A DNA stretch of 64,000 nt. It comes from an uncultured Rickettsiales bacterium. GTDB taxonomy: Bacteria; Myxococcota_A; UBA796; UBA9615; CAYRNR01. Under the pieces are notes generated by a model. That model worked only from the letters and a program-made list of their open reading frames with translations, made no database searches and was not told where the DNA came from. The stretch covers positions 3,769 to 67,768 of the forward strand of contig CAZOYV010000002.1 of NCBI GenBank assembly GCA_964584075.1, written 5' to 3'. A program made the translations under genes and the position numbers. Below, piece by piece: positions 1 through 11,922 of this stretch (position 1 is the first letter of the stretch; each line of letters opens with the position of its first letter).

Positions 1-710
1 GATGGCGAGGCGGTCCCGCCTCCCCCTGGACCGATGAAGCGGCGGTAGTCCGCGCTGCTCGCGATGTAGCGGATCACCTCGTAGGGCACCCGCGAGAGGT
101 CGCCGGCGCGGGCCGCGGTGGACGAGGCGTCGAACGCGCCGGGGAGGAACGTCACCGGCAGCGCGGTGGGCACCTCGGGGCCGCGGGGGCCGCGCTCGAC
201 GAACGCCACCCGGATCGAGTGGTGCGCGCGGTCGTGGCCGACGGCGGGATCGGCCAGGTTGCGCTCCAGGCGCGCCAGCGTGTCGGGGCGGCCCTGCGGA
301 TCGGCGGCGCGGTAGTGGTCGGCGCCCGCGAGGTAGGTGGCCTCCACCCGCCGCCCGCGGTGGCGGCGCAGCAGCGCGAACAGGTTGTCCTCCCCGACGG
401 TGGCGCGGCCCCGGCCGACGTCGCAGTACTCCGCCAGCGGGGCCAGCACGGACAGGACGCGGGGCGCCATCGCGTGGCGGTGGTCGTGGGTCGCCTCGGA
501 GAGCGCCCGCTTGCGCTCGTCGAGGCCCTGGATCACGAACGCGACGCGGTCCAGCCGCAGCGAGGTGATCGCCTGCAGGGCGCCCAGCAGGTGGCCCCAG
601 TGCAGGGGGTTGCCCGCCACCGGGTAGACACCCAGCCGCAGGGGGGCGCCGGCCCCGGCGGGCGGGCGCGCGGCGATCTGGCCGAGCAGGTGCCCGGCGC
701 GGCTCCGCAC
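1..710 (-). CDS. Nucleotidyltransferase of the NadD-like family with an HxGH motif. The 3' end runs off the window start, and the 5' start (GTG at 710) is uncertain.
   Basis: Hand translation of the minus frame (codon tops at positions congruent to 2 mod 3) gives ...PLRLGVYPVAGNPLHWGHLLGALQAI...AFVIQGLDERKRAL...DASSTAARAGDLSRVPYEVIRYI.... The HWGH motif and an SST..R...VP..V..YI C-terminal motif resemble nicotinate-nucleotide adenylyltransferases. There is no stop before position 1, so the ORF is absent from the ORF track. The only in-frame start candidate upstream of the motif is GTG at 710, and it has no clear RBS. Confidence 0.45.
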   Translation of the reverse strand, partial: MRSRAGHLLGQIAARPPAGAGAPLRLGVYPVAGNPLHWGHLLGALQAITSLRLDRVAFVIQGLDERKRALSEATHDHRHAMAPRVLSVLAPLAEYCDVGRGRATVGEDNLFALLRRHRGRRVEATYLAGADHYRAADPQGRPDTLARLERNLADPAVGHDRAHHSIRVAFVERGPRGPEVPTALPVTFLPGAFDASSTAARAGDLSRVPYEVIRYIASSADYRRFIGPGGGGTASP

Positions 711-1149
711 GTCGGCGAGGGGCGAGGCCCGGAGGTCCAGCCCGAGGACCCACGCCGAGCGGCGCAGCTGCTCCTCGACGCGCAGCCCGATGGCGGCCGC
801 GGCGGCCCTCGGCTCCGCACGGCGCGGCAGGTCGGGCGGCGGATCGGAGCGGACGCCTCGCCGGGCGGCGATCCCGGCGGTGGGGATGGGCACGGGGGGC
901 TGGTGGACGGCCTTGCCGGTGTGGAACACGGACTCGATCTCCCGTCGACGGCACCCGGAGGATGGCAGCCTGCGGGCGTGGTTCCCATCGGCCCGGCCCC
1001 CAACCGGGGATCGGGGAAAGTCCGAGGCCGGTGGACCTGGGCGTCGCCCCGGCCGGTCGGTGGGTCTCGCCCCCGGAGCGCGGGCAGGAGATCCCCGGTG
1101 GCGGCCCGAGGCGGTCCAGGGCGAGACTCGGGGCCGAGGAGGTTCCACG

Positions 1150-2307
1150 ATGGAGAGCGAGCGCGAACCACCGGACCGGGCCGGCGGAGACCCGGCGCGC
1201 CCGCGGGAGCCGCGGCTCCCGGACACCGAGACCCTGGAGGCGTACCTCTCCTCGCTGTACGAGTGCGAGGTGACGGTGATCGCCACCCGCGAGCTGGGCG
1301 GCGACGCGGACGACGGGGCGCTGAAGTCCTTCGGCTACGGCGACCCGGTGCTGATCGAGTTCCACTACGCCGGGGGCCGCGGCCGGGTGGTGCTGCACAC
1401 GATGACCGGCGACGGCTTCGGCCACGAGCGCCGCTCCGACCGGGCCCGCGACCTGCTGCTGGACTACGACACCTTCAACGAGCTGCCCCGCCACGTGCGG
1501 GCGCTGGACGTGGGAGCCTTCGGCGATCGCGGCGAGCTGGTCTCGCTGGGCCGCACCGGCGAGTTCTTCCTCGTGACGCGCTTCGCCGCGGGGGAGCCCT
1601 ACGCCGGCGATCTGGAGCGGATCGCCCGGACCGGGGAGGAGTCCCGGCAGGACCACGACCGCGCCGCCGCGCTGGCGGCGTACCTGGCCGGGATCCACGA
1701 GTCCAAGCACGCCTCGGAGCTGCTGTACCGCCGGCGCGTCCGCGACCTGGTGGGCCACGGCGAGGGCATCGCCGGGATCCTCGACAGCTACCCCGACGAC
1801 GATCCCGTGGCGCCGCCGGAGCGGCTGCAGGCCATCGAGCGGCGCTGCCTCGCCTGGCGCTGGCGTCTGCGCGGCCAGGGACACCGGCTGTGCGAGGTCC
1901 ACGGGGACTTCCACCCCTGGAACGTGCTGTTCCGCGAGGGCGACGACTTCGCCCTGCTGGATCGCAGCCGGGGACGCTGGGGCGAGCCCGGCGACGACGT
2001 GTCCTCGATGGCGATCAACTACCTGCTGCACTCCCTGCGCGCCGGCGAGCCCGGCGAGGGCCCGTTCGGCCGGCTGCACGACACGTTCTGGTTCCACTAC
2101 CTGCAGCGGACGCAGGACCAGGAGCTGCTCCGCACGATCCAGCCGTTCTTCGCCTGGCGGGCCCTGGTGCTCGCCAGCCCGGTCTGGTACCCGGACCAGC
2201 CGGAGACGGTCCGGGAGCAGCTGTTCTGTTTCATGGAACAGGTGCTGGAGCGGGATCGGTTCGAACCGCGCCGGCTGGAGGAGTGCCTCCCGCGAGGGGA
2301 CGCGTGA
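1150..2307 (+). CDS. Phosphotransferase-family protein (APH or choline-kinase-like kinase fold).
   Basis: The internal start MESEREPP at 1150 is preceded by a GAGGAGG RBS. The HGDFHPWNVLF catalytic-loop motif and the DFALLDRSRGRWGEPGDDV motif are typical of the aminoglycoside phosphotransferase-like superfamily. The upstream part of the ORF (790..1149) is compositionally non-protein-like. Confidence 0.7.
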   Translation: MESEREPPDRAGGDPARPREPRLPDTETLEAYLSSLYECEVTVIATRELGGDADDGALKSFGYGDPVLIEFHYAGGRGRVVLHTMTGDGFGHERRSDRARDLLLDYDTFNELPRHVRALDVGAFGDRGELVSLGRTGEFFLVTRFAAGEPYAGDLERIARTGEESRQDHDRAAALAAYLAGIHESKHASELLYRRRVRDLVGHGEGIAGILDSYPDDDPVAPPERLQAIERRCLAWRWRLRGQGHRLCEVHGDFHPWNVLFREGDDFALLDRSRGRWGEPGDDVSSMAINYLLHSLRAGEPGEGPFGRLHDTFWFHYLQRTQDQELLRTIQPFFAWRALVLASPVWYPDQPETVREQLFCFMEQVLERDRFEPRRLEECLPRGDA

Positions 2308-2855
2308 GCCCGCCGCCGGGGCGGGCGATCTGGCTGACGGGGCTGCCCGCCTCGGGCAAGTCGACGCTGGGCCGCTCGCTCGCCGAGACCCTGCGGGAGC
2401 GCGGCGAGGTGGTCCAGGTGCTCGACTCCGACGAGCTGCGGGATGTGCTCACGCCGGACCCGGCCTACACCGAGGAGGAGCGCGACTGGTTCTACGGGGT
2501 GATGGTCCACGTGGCCGGCCTGCTGACGCGCTGCGGCGTGGACGTGGTGCTCGCCGCCACGGCCCACGCCCGCCGCCACCGCGACCGGGGCCGGGCGAGC
2601 CTCGAGCGCTTCGTCGAGGTCCACGTGCGCTGTCCCCTCGAAGCGTGCATCGAGCGCGACCCCAAGGGGATCTACCGCGCGGCGCTGGAGGGCCGCGCGA
2701 CCCGCGTGCCCGGGGTCCAGGTGGCCTACGAGCCGCCGCTGCAGCCCGAGGCGGTGGTCGACACGGCGCGGGACACGGTCGCGGAGTGCGTCGAGCGGAT
2801 CCTCGCGGCGCTCACTTCCCCACGGGGAAGATCGCCTTCGCCGGGCACTGGTTGA
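2304..2855 (+). CDS. cysC: Adenylyl-sulfate (APS) kinase.
   Basis: The GTG start at 2304 overlaps the stop of the upstream gene (GTGA), with a GAGGGGA RBS. The sequence LTGLPASGKSTLG is a P-loop, and the rest matches the APS-kinase fold (DSDELR...HARRHRDRGR). Length is 183 aa. Confidence 0.85.
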   Translation: MSPPPGRAIWLTGLPASGKSTLGRSLAETLRERGEVVQVLDSDELRDVLTPDPAYTEEERDWFYGVMVHVAGLLTRCGVDVVLAATAHARRHRDRGRASLERFVEVHVRCPLEACIERDPKGIYRAALEGRATRVPGVQVAYEPPLQPEAVVDTARDTVAECVERILAALTSPRGRSPSPGTG

Positions 2856-3009
2856 TCGCCTGGGCCACCTTGCCCTCGAGCTGGGGCGGTACCTCGTCGA
2901 CGATCACCTTCGCCCGCTTGCTCCCCTCCTGGAAGCGGAACACCTCGGGACACAGCTGGACGCAGATCCCCGCCGTGTTGCACAGCTTCTGGTTGACACC
3001 GACCTTCAT
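2812..3009 (-). CDS. Small single-cluster ferredoxin.
   Basis: The internal start MKVGVNQKLCNTAGICVQLCPEVF...QCPAKAI gives a 65-aa Fe-S ferredoxin with a Cys pattern typical of 3Fe-4S/4Fe-4S ferredoxins. There is a strong RBS, GGAGGAGG, upstream. Its ATG overlaps the upstream stop as ATGA. Confidence 0.8.
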   Translation of the reverse strand: MKVGVNQKLCNTAGICVQLCPEVFRFQEGSKRAKVIVDEVPPQLEGKVAQAINQCPAKAIFPVGK

Positions 3010-3479
3010 CGGACCTCCTCCTGGTCTCCACGCAACAGCCTGCGGTGCTCGGCCCGGGCGCACGCCCCGGCCACCACCTCGAGCCCCGCGGCGCGGGCGC
3101 GGGCCTCGCTCTCGTCGTTCCCGGCGCCGGGCTGGAACCAGATCACCGGCGCGCCGGTGGCCGCGGCCTGCTCCACGAGCGGGCCGTGGCGCGGCCCGGC
3201 GACGAACACGTCCACGACATCGACCTCCACCTCGTCGGGGACGGCGTCGAGGTCGGGGTAGACGGCCATGCCGTCGATCTCCTCGGCCTCGGTGTGCACC
3301 GGGATCACGAAGTACCCCTGGTCGCGCAGGTAGCGCCCCACGCCGTGGCTGTCCCGTTCGGGGTCGGGCGACATGCCGATCACCGCCACCACGCGGGCGT
3401 CCTCGAGGATCCTCGTGAGCCGCGCGTCTCGATCTCGTTGCGGCATCGAGCGCACGGCGGGCTCGGACGGTCGACTCAT
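3006..3479 (-). CDS. CoA-binding domain protein (YccU/YneT family).
   Basis: Start MSRPSEPAVRS at 3479 overlaps the pcm stop as ATGA. The sequence ARVVAVIGMSPDPERDSHGVGRYLRDQGYFVIPV...VDVVDVF is a typical CoA-binding Rossmann-like domain. The first 111 codons of the ORF are low-complexity and were rejected. Confidence 0.75.
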   Translation of the reverse strand: MSRPSEPAVRSMPQRDRDARLTRILEDARVVAVIGMSPDPERDSHGVGRYLRDQGYFVIPVHTEAEEIDGMAVYPDLDAVPDEVEVDVVDVFVAGPRHGPLVEQAAATGAPVIWFQPGAGNDESEARARAAGLEVVAGACARAEHRRLLRGDQEEVR

Positions 3480-4159
3480 GACGGACCTCCCGATCGCTGG
3501 ACGCCGGCGGGCCACCCCTCCACGCCGCGCAGCGGCACGAAGCGCACGGCCCCGAGGGGCTCCTCGCGGAGCCGGCCGCGGGGATCGTGGGTGACGAGCC
3601 GCAGCCGCTGATCGCGGGGGCCCGGGCCCACCGGGATCACCATCCGGCCGTCCGCCGCGAGCTGGTCCGCGAGGCTGCGGGGCACCCTCGGCCCGCTGGC
3701 GGAGACCAGGATCGCGTCGAACGGCGCCGCCTCCGGCCAGCCCAGCGACCCGTCGCCGAGTCGGAGCTCGACGTTGTCGTAGCCCAGCCTCAGCAGCCGC
3801 TCGCGCGCCCACTGGAACGGGGCCTCCTGGATCTCGACGGCGTGGACCCGCTCCACGATCCGGCTCATCACCGCGGAGGTGTAGCCCGAGCCGGCCCCCA
3901 CGTCGAGGACCCGCTGGGACGGCCGCAGGCGCAGCGCCTCGATCATCGCGGCGACGACGTAGGGCTGGGAGATCGTCTGGTCGCGGCAGAACGGCAGCGG
4001 CTCGTCCGCATAGGACCGACGGCGCAGCGCCGCGGGGACGAACGCCTCGCGGGGGACCTCCCTCATCGCCCGCAGCACGCGCTCGTCCTCGATCCCGCGC
4101 CGCTCCAGCTGGTACCGCACCATCCTCTCGCGCCTGGCCTCGTAGGAGTAGCTCAGCAT
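3476..4159 (-). CDS. pcm: Protein-L-isoaspartate O-methyltransferase.
   Basis: Start MLSYSYEARRERMVRYQLERRGI is at 4159. The SAM-binding motif VLDVGAGSGYTSAVM and the PCMT family fold are present. Confidence 0.8.
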   Translation of the reverse strand: MLSYSYEARRERMVRYQLERRGIEDERVLRAMREVPREAFVPAALRRRSYADEPLPFCRDQTISQPYVVAAMIEALRLRPSQRVLDVGAGSGYTSAVMSRIVERVHAVEIQEAPFQWARERLLRLGYDNVELRLGDGSLGWPEAAPFDAILVSASGPRVPRSLADQLAADGRMVIPVGPGPRDQRLRLVTHDPRGRLREEPLGAVRFVPLRGVEGWPAGVQRSGGPS

Positions 4160-4376
4160 CCTTCCGCTCCCGTCATCCTCGCCCGTGACGCTAGGCCGCC
4201 CACGGCGCGGATCGCCATCGGGGGCGGCGCCAGCCGGCCATGGAGGCATCCCCCAGCGCGCCCGGGGGGATCCGCTCGCGCCCCCCTGCGTGTCGCCCCG
4301 CTTGACTCGCGTACGCCGGTGCCGAGGTCCGGGAGGACCGCTGGGAGGAGGGGCGCGCCGGAGAGCAGGAGGTCAG

Positions 4377-4973
4377 ATGTCGGGAACAGCGCTACGGAGG
4401 ATCACGGTCGGCTGGTGGATCGCGGTGGGGTGCCTGGCGATGCCGGGCGCGGCCCGGTCGGTGCCCATCGACTCGGGCGCGATCGTGTACCACGTCGAGC
4501 ACCCGCTGAAGTCGGTGCGGGGCGTGATGGAGGCCAGCGACGCCGAGCTGGACCTGACCTGGGACCCGGACGCGCTGGAGGAGCTGCGGTTCGAGGCGGT
4601 GATCCCGCTGGGGGCCTTCGACAGCGGCAACCGGCTGCGCGACGAGCACGCCGCGGAGGCGCTGGAGCTGTTCCTCCACCCCGACGCGACGTGGACCGTC
4701 GAGCGGGTGGACGTGGAGGACCGCCAACCGGAAGACGGGCCCTGGAGCGAGGCGACCCTCCAGGTCCACGGGCCGCTGACGCTGCACGGCGTCACGGCGG
4801 ACCAGACCGTCGTGGTGCAGGCCAAGCGCTCCGGGGAGGGGGTGTCGCTGCGCGGGAGCTTCACGCTGGCGCTGTCGGCGTTCGACGTCGAGCGGCCGGC
4901 GCTGCTCGGCCTCGCCGTCGAGGACACGGTGACCGTCGAGGTCGACCTGGAGGCGCCCCCGCCCGGGGGCTGA
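4377..4973 (+). CDS. Periplasmic protein of the YceI-like family.
   Basis: Internal start MSGTALRRITVGWWIAVGCLAMPGAARS gives a signal peptide, preceded by a GGAGAGCAGGAGG RBS. YceI-like beta-barrel motifs follow (IVYHVEHPLKSVRG, LQVHGPLTLHGVT). Confidence 0.75.
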   Translation: MSGTALRRITVGWWIAVGCLAMPGAARSVPIDSGAIVYHVEHPLKSVRGVMEASDAELDLTWDPDALEELRFEAVIPLGAFDSGNRLRDEHAAEALELFLHPDATWTVERVDVEDRQPEDGPWSEATLQVHGPLTLHGVTADQTVVVQAKRSGEGVSLRGSFTLALSAFDVERPALLGLAVEDTVTVEVDLEAPPPGG

Positions 4974-4996
4974 CCCGGGCGGCCCCGCGGCCGCCG

Positions 4997-6853
4997 TCAG
5001 AACGGCCACACCAGCGGGACCAGCACCGTGGCCAGGGCGCACACCAGCAGGTTCAGCGGCAGGCCCGCGCGGACGAAGTCGGCGAAGCCGTAGCTGCCCG
5101 GCCCGAACACCAGCAGGTTGGTCTGGTAGCCCACCGGCGAGGCGAACGCGGCCGACGCACCCAGCGCCGTGCCGACGACGAACGGCCGGGCGTCGACGCC
5201 CAGCGAGGAGGCCATCGACAGCGCCAGCGGCAGCACCAGCACCGCCGTGGAGTTGTTGCTGACGAAGTTGCTCATCACGCTGGTGAACAGGATCACCGCG
5301 CCCAGCACCACGTGGGGACCGGCGCCCTCGATCAGCCCCAGCACCGTCTCGGCGTAGAGCTCGGCGGTGCCGCTGCGCTCCATGGCGTTGCCCAGCGCGA
5401 TGGTGCCGATGATCAGCAGCAGCACGTGGGCGTCCACCGAGCGCAGCGCGACCCGCAGCCGCACGCAGCCCGTGAGCAGCATCGCCACCGCCGCGGCCAT
5501 CGACGCGGCGCTCATCGGCAGCAGCCCCGTCGCCACCGACGCGATCATCGCGCCGAGGATCAGCAGCGCCACGGGCGCGCGCTCGCGGTTGTGGACCGTC
5601 CGCGTCAGGTCGCCCGAGACGATCAGGTCGCCGGACTTGCCCAGCTGCTCGTGACACGGCTCGGCGCAGTGGGCGAGCATCACGTCCCCGGCCTCCAGGT
5701 GCAGCTCGGCCAGGCTGCGGCCGCGGTAGTGGGTCGCGCGCCGCTTCAGCCCCAGGACCTCGACGCCGGCCGCGAGGCCCTGGATCGCCTCCTGCAGCCG
5801 GGTCCCCACGTGGACGGACCCGCCGGGCACGATCAGCTCGACCAGCTGCCCGCCGCGGCCGCCGGGCAGGATCGCCAGCGGGTCGTCCAGGGGCTCGCGG
5901 CTGGGTGACACGGGGGTCAGCCCGTCGGCGCGAGCGAGGGCGAACAATGCCTCCCGGGGGGCGGTCAGCAGCAGCACGTCCCCGCCCGCCAGCTCCACCG
6001 CCTGCTCCTCCGGGTCGCAGATCGAGCCGTCCCGCCGGAGCACCTCCAGGGCCTGCACGCCCTCCGGCACGCCGGGCAGCGCGGGCCGGTCGCAGGTCAT
6101 CCCGTCGTACGCCCCTCCCTCGACCACGATCCACTCGCTGAGGTAGGTCCCGGCGCCGCTCTGCTCCGCCTCTGGATCGGCCACGTGGCTCCGGTGCCGC
6201 GGCAGCAGCCTGGGCGCCACCAGCAGCAGGTACGCCCCGCCCGCCAGGGCGATGGGCAGCCCCGCCGCGGCCAGCTCGAACATCCCCAGCGGCTCGTGGC
6301 CGAGGTCCTCGGCGACGTTGCTGACGATGATGTTGGTGGACGTGCCCACCAGGGTGCAGGTGCCGCCCAGGATCGAGGCGAACGACAGCGGGATCAGGTG
6401 GCGCGAGGGCGAGAACCCGTGGACCCGCGCCGCGTGCATCACCACCGGCACGAACAGGATCACCACCGGCGTGTTGTTGACGAACGCCGACAGCACCCCG
6501 ACGGTGGCGAGCAGCAGCAGCGCGAACCGCCAGGCCTGGCCACCGGAGAGCCGCGCGATCCACTCGGCGATGGGCTCCAGCGCGCCGGTGCGCATCACCC
6601 CCGCCGCCACCAGGAACAGGGCGCCCACGGTGATGGGGGCCGGGTTGCCGAACGCGGCCAGGGTCTGCTCCGGGGTCAGCACCCCGGTGAGCATCAGCGC
6701 GGCCAGGATCCCCAGGGCGGTCACGGCGTACGGCAGCCACTCGGTGACCAGCAGGACGATCACCGCGACGAGCACGATGCTGACGATCAGGACCTCCACG
6801 GGCTCTCCTCGGCCTCCCTCACTCCTCGCCGGCGTCTCCTCCACCGGCGTCAC
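4997..6853 (-). CDS. SLC13/DASS-type (ArsB/NhaD superfamily) anion permease with two central TrkA-C domains.
   Basis: Multi-TM N- and C-terminal halves (VNNTPVVILFVPVV...; SNNSTAVLVLPLALS) flank two RCK-C/TrkA-C-like cytoplasmic domains. The start is uncertain: the annotated start overlaps DedA by 35 bp, and an alternative GTG lies near 6799. Confidence 0.75.
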   Translation of the reverse strand: MTPVEETPARSEGGRGEPVEVLIVSIVLVAVIVLLVTEWLPYAVTALGILAALMLTGVLTPEQTLAAFGNPAPITVGALFLVAAGVMRTGALEPIAEWIARLSGGQAWRFALLLLATVGVLSAFVNNTPVVILFVPVVMHAARVHGFSPSRHLIPLSFASILGGTCTLVGTSTNIIVSNVAEDLGHEPLGMFELAAAGLPIALAGGAYLLLVAPRLLPRHRSHVADPEAEQSGAGTYLSEWIVVEGGAYDGMTCDRPALPGVPEGVQALEVLRRDGSICDPEEQAVELAGGDVLLLTAPREALFALARADGLTPVSPSREPLDDPLAILPGGRGGQLVELIVPGGSVHVGTRLQEAIQGLAAGVEVLGLKRRATHYRGRSLAELHLEAGDVMLAHCAEPCHEQLGKSGDLIVSGDLTRTVHNRERAPVALLILGAMIASVATGLLPMSAASMAAAVAMLLTGCVRLRVALRSVDAHVLLLIIGTIALGNAMERSGTAELYAETVLGLIEGAGPHVVLGAVILFTSVMSNFVSNNSTAVLVLPLALSMASSLGVDARPFVVGTALGASAAFASPVGYQTNLLVFGPGSYGFADFVRAGLPLNLLVCALATVLVPLVWPF

Positions 6854-7565
6854 CCTCGTCCCCGGTCCGTTCGCCCAGCCAGCGTCGGGCGCGGCGGGCC
6901 ACCGCGGCGCCGGCGACGGCGACCAGAACCACCGCCGCCGCGGCCAGCGAGAGGTTGCCGGCCGAGGGCTGCGCCACCGCGTTGCGGACCTGGACCGTGG
7001 CCAGCGACATCGCCAGGATCCCGGGGGTCATCGCCAGCGCCGAGCCCACCACGAAGTCGCGCAGGCGCAGCCGGGACGACCCGGCCACGAGGTTGACCAC
7101 GGTGAACGGCGCCAGGGGGACCAGCCGCACCAGCGCCGCCACCGGGATGCCATGGCCCCGCAGGCCGCGCTCGAGGGCCTCGGCGCGGCGGCCGGCGAGG
7201 CGGTGGACCAGGTCGGGCCACAGCACGCGGCCGAGGCCGTAGCCCACCAGCGCGCTGGACAGGGAGCCCGCCAGGGAGTACAGGGCGCCCAGCCACGGCC
7301 CGAACAGCAGGGCGCTGGCCACGATCAGCGCCGTGACCGGCACCATCAGCACGCCGCCGACGACGAACACGGCCACGGTCACCGGGCCGCCGGCCGCGCT
7401 GTCCCGCAGGGGGGCGGCCAGCTGCTCCAGCCGCTCGGGGCGCAGCCACTCGCCCAGCGGGGTCCCGTGCCACGCCGCCGCCAGTGCCCCCAGGACCGCC
7501 AGCACGATCCCGACGCGCACCGCGATCCGCCCGGGGCCGGGGTCCCGCGCCGCGTCGCTCGCCAT
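6819..7565 (-). CDS. Membrane protein of the DedA/TVP38 family.
   Basis: Multi-TM protein with a DedA-like core (GGVLMVPVTALIVASALLFGPWLGALYSLAGS...VPLAPFTVVNLVAGSS). Confidence 0.75.
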   Translation of the reverse strand: MASDAARDPGPGRIAVRVGIVLAVLGALAAAWHGTPLGEWLRPERLEQLAAPLRDSAAGGPVTVAVFVVGGVLMVPVTALIVASALLFGPWLGALYSLAGSLSSALVGYGLGRVLWPDLVHRLAGRRAEALERGLRGHGIPVAALVRLVPLAPFTVVNLVAGSSRLRLRDFVVGSALAMTPGILAMSLATVQVRNAVAQPSAGNLSLAAAAVVLVAVAGAAVARRARRWLGERTGDEGDAGGGDAGEE

Positions 7566-7587
7566 CGGCCCCGCTCCGGCGCTCCGC

Positions 7588-8510
7588 TCAGGCCAGCATC
7601 CCGGCGATGATCAGGTCCACCGCGTCGTCCTCGCGCAGCCCGCGGCTCATCAGGGTCTCGAGCTGCCGGGAGTCCACGCTGCCGATCGCCGCCTCGTGGG
7701 TCACGTGGGCCCGGGGGTGGCGGACGTCCACCACCGGCACCGCCGACGCGGAGGCCGCGTCCTGCACGATCTCCTTGCAGTCCACGTGGCCGCGCGCGTC
7801 CGCGCCGGTGGCCAGCAGCGTGTTGCGGATCTCGGCCCGGGCCTCGTCGCGAAGGGCGACGTAGCTCTCCAGCACGCCCCGCGCCCGCTCCCCGGCGAGC
7901 TCGCCGCGCTCGTCGATCTCGATGCGGTCGGTGCCGCGGCCGAGGACCCTGGCCAGCATCTCCAGCACGCCGTCGTCGTGTACCGTGGTCTCGTAGGCGA
8001 TCTCGAGCCGCCCGACCCGCCCCTCGGTCAGCGCGAACTCGGTGCGGAAGCGACCGCGGGGCTGGACCGTGACCCGGGCGCGGGGCACCACCACCACGCC
8101 CCCCTGGGGGCCGTGCAGGTGGTTCTCGGTGTACTCGTAGGTCGCCCCGGGGCCCACCTCGATGGCGGCCTCCATCGAGTGGCGCACGTCGATCGCGTTG
8201 GGGAACGCGCAGTGGGCCAGGAACGAGCCGTGGGCGTCCTCGCCGACGCCCACGTCCAGCTCGATGTGCTGCCGCCCCTCCTCGGGGAGCACGCCGAAGC
8301 ACAGGTGGACCGGCCCGTCCAGCCGCACGCCCGGCTCGACGCGCACGCGGGCCTCGATCCCGTCGGGGCGCGAGCCCGCGTCCACGTGCAGGCCGGGGAT
8401 CTCCCGCGACGCGAGGATCTCGTTGCCGTGGACCACCAGCTTGGCCGCGCCGGGGCCCGGCTCGGGCAGGCGGATCGACTCGTACAGGCGCGCGACGGTG
8501 GGGTCTCCGC

Positions 8511-8514
<4 letters not shown>
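7588..8514 (-). CDS. sufD: Fe-S cluster assembly protein of the SufB/SufD family (SufD-like).
   Basis: Real start MSGDPTVARLYES is at 8514 and overlaps the sufC stop as ATGA. At 308 aa it is short for SufD, with a SufBD beta-helix core. The upstream ~560 codons of the long ORF 7588..10197 are low-complexity antisense of sufC/atpD and were rejected. Confidence 0.7.
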
Positions 8515-11274
<2,760 letters not shown>

Positions 11275-11332
11275 GCGGCGGCGGTCGCCCGAGCGGCGGG
11301 GGACGCCCCGCGGGGACGACCTGGAGCAGGTC

Positions 11333-11590
11333 GTGGCGCGCCGGGTGCGGCGCCGGCGGGAGGCCGAGCGAGCGCGGGGCCGCCGGATCTGGAGCTGGCT
11401 CGGGATGTTCGGGCTGGTGGGCTGGGCGGTGGTGCTGCCGACGCTGGCCGGGATCGCCCTGGGCCTCTGGCTCGACGCGAGCTTCCCGGGGCGTCCGTCG
11501 TGGACGCTGACGCTGCTGGTGGCGGGGCTCGCCGTCGGGTGCCTGAACGCCTGGTACTGGGTCCGGCGGGAGCTGGCTCGCCGGCCCTAG
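11333..11590 (+). CDS. atpQ: N-ATPase accessory membrane protein AtpQ (AtpZ/AtpI-like, 2 TM).
   Basis: The ORF track begins at TTG 11243. A GTG at 11333 gives an 85-aa protein, RRVRRRREAERARGRRIWSWLGMFGLVGWAVVLPTLAGIALGLWLD...LLVAGLAVGCLNAWYW, which is typical of AtpZ-family proteins. The start is ambiguous. Confidence 0.55.
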   Translation: MARRVRRRREAERARGRRIWSWLGMFGLVGWAVVLPTLAGIALGLWLDASFPGRPSWTLTLLVAGLAVGCLNAWYWVRRELARRP

Positions 11591-11610
11591 GGGGAGGACG
11601 AGGAGGCAGG

Positions 11611-11913
11611 ATGGAGTGGCATCTCGGCACTGCCGCGCTCGGCGCCGGCCTGGGCCTGCTGCTCGGCACGCTGTACACGGCGGCGCTGTGGAGTACGGTG
11701 CGCCGGGCCACCGCGTCGGCCCACCCGGCTCGGTGGCTGGTGCTGGGCGCGGTGACGCGGCTGGCGGTGCTGTTCGCGGTGCTGGCGGCGCTGGCCGCCC
11801 GGGGGTTGCCGGCGCTGCTGCCGGCGTTCGCGGGGTTCCTGGTGGCGCGCGTGGTCCTGGTGCGCCTGTTCGGCGACGGTCGCCGGACGGCGCGCGGTGC
11901 CCGGGGCGGTTGA
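11611..11913 (+). CDS. atpR: N-ATPase subunit AtpR (small polytopic membrane protein with buried Arg).
   Basis: Internal ATG MEWHLGTAALGAGLGLLLG is preceded by GGAGGACGAGGAGG. 100 aa with 3 TM segments, positioned between atpQ and atpB as in N-ATPase operons. Confidence 0.6.
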   Translation: MEWHLGTAALGAGLGLLLGTLYTAALWSTVRRATASAHPARWLVLGAVTRLAVLFAVLAALAARGLPALLPAFAGFLVARVVLVRLFGDGRRTARGARGG

Positions 11914-11922
11914 GGGCGGCCG

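Noticed and set aside
219-2303. The N-terminal 695 codons of plus ORF 219..2855, and plus ORF 790..1149.
   Set aside because: Only the last 183 codons (cysC) look like protein. The upstream part is antisense of the NadD-like gene and is out of frame relative to the APH gene.
4392-6740. A 782-aa minus-strand ORF and the 3587..5908 plus-strand ORF.
   Set aside because: They are alternative frames over the YceI and transporter genes. The products are compositionally biased with no recognisable motifs, and the real genes are identified in other frames.
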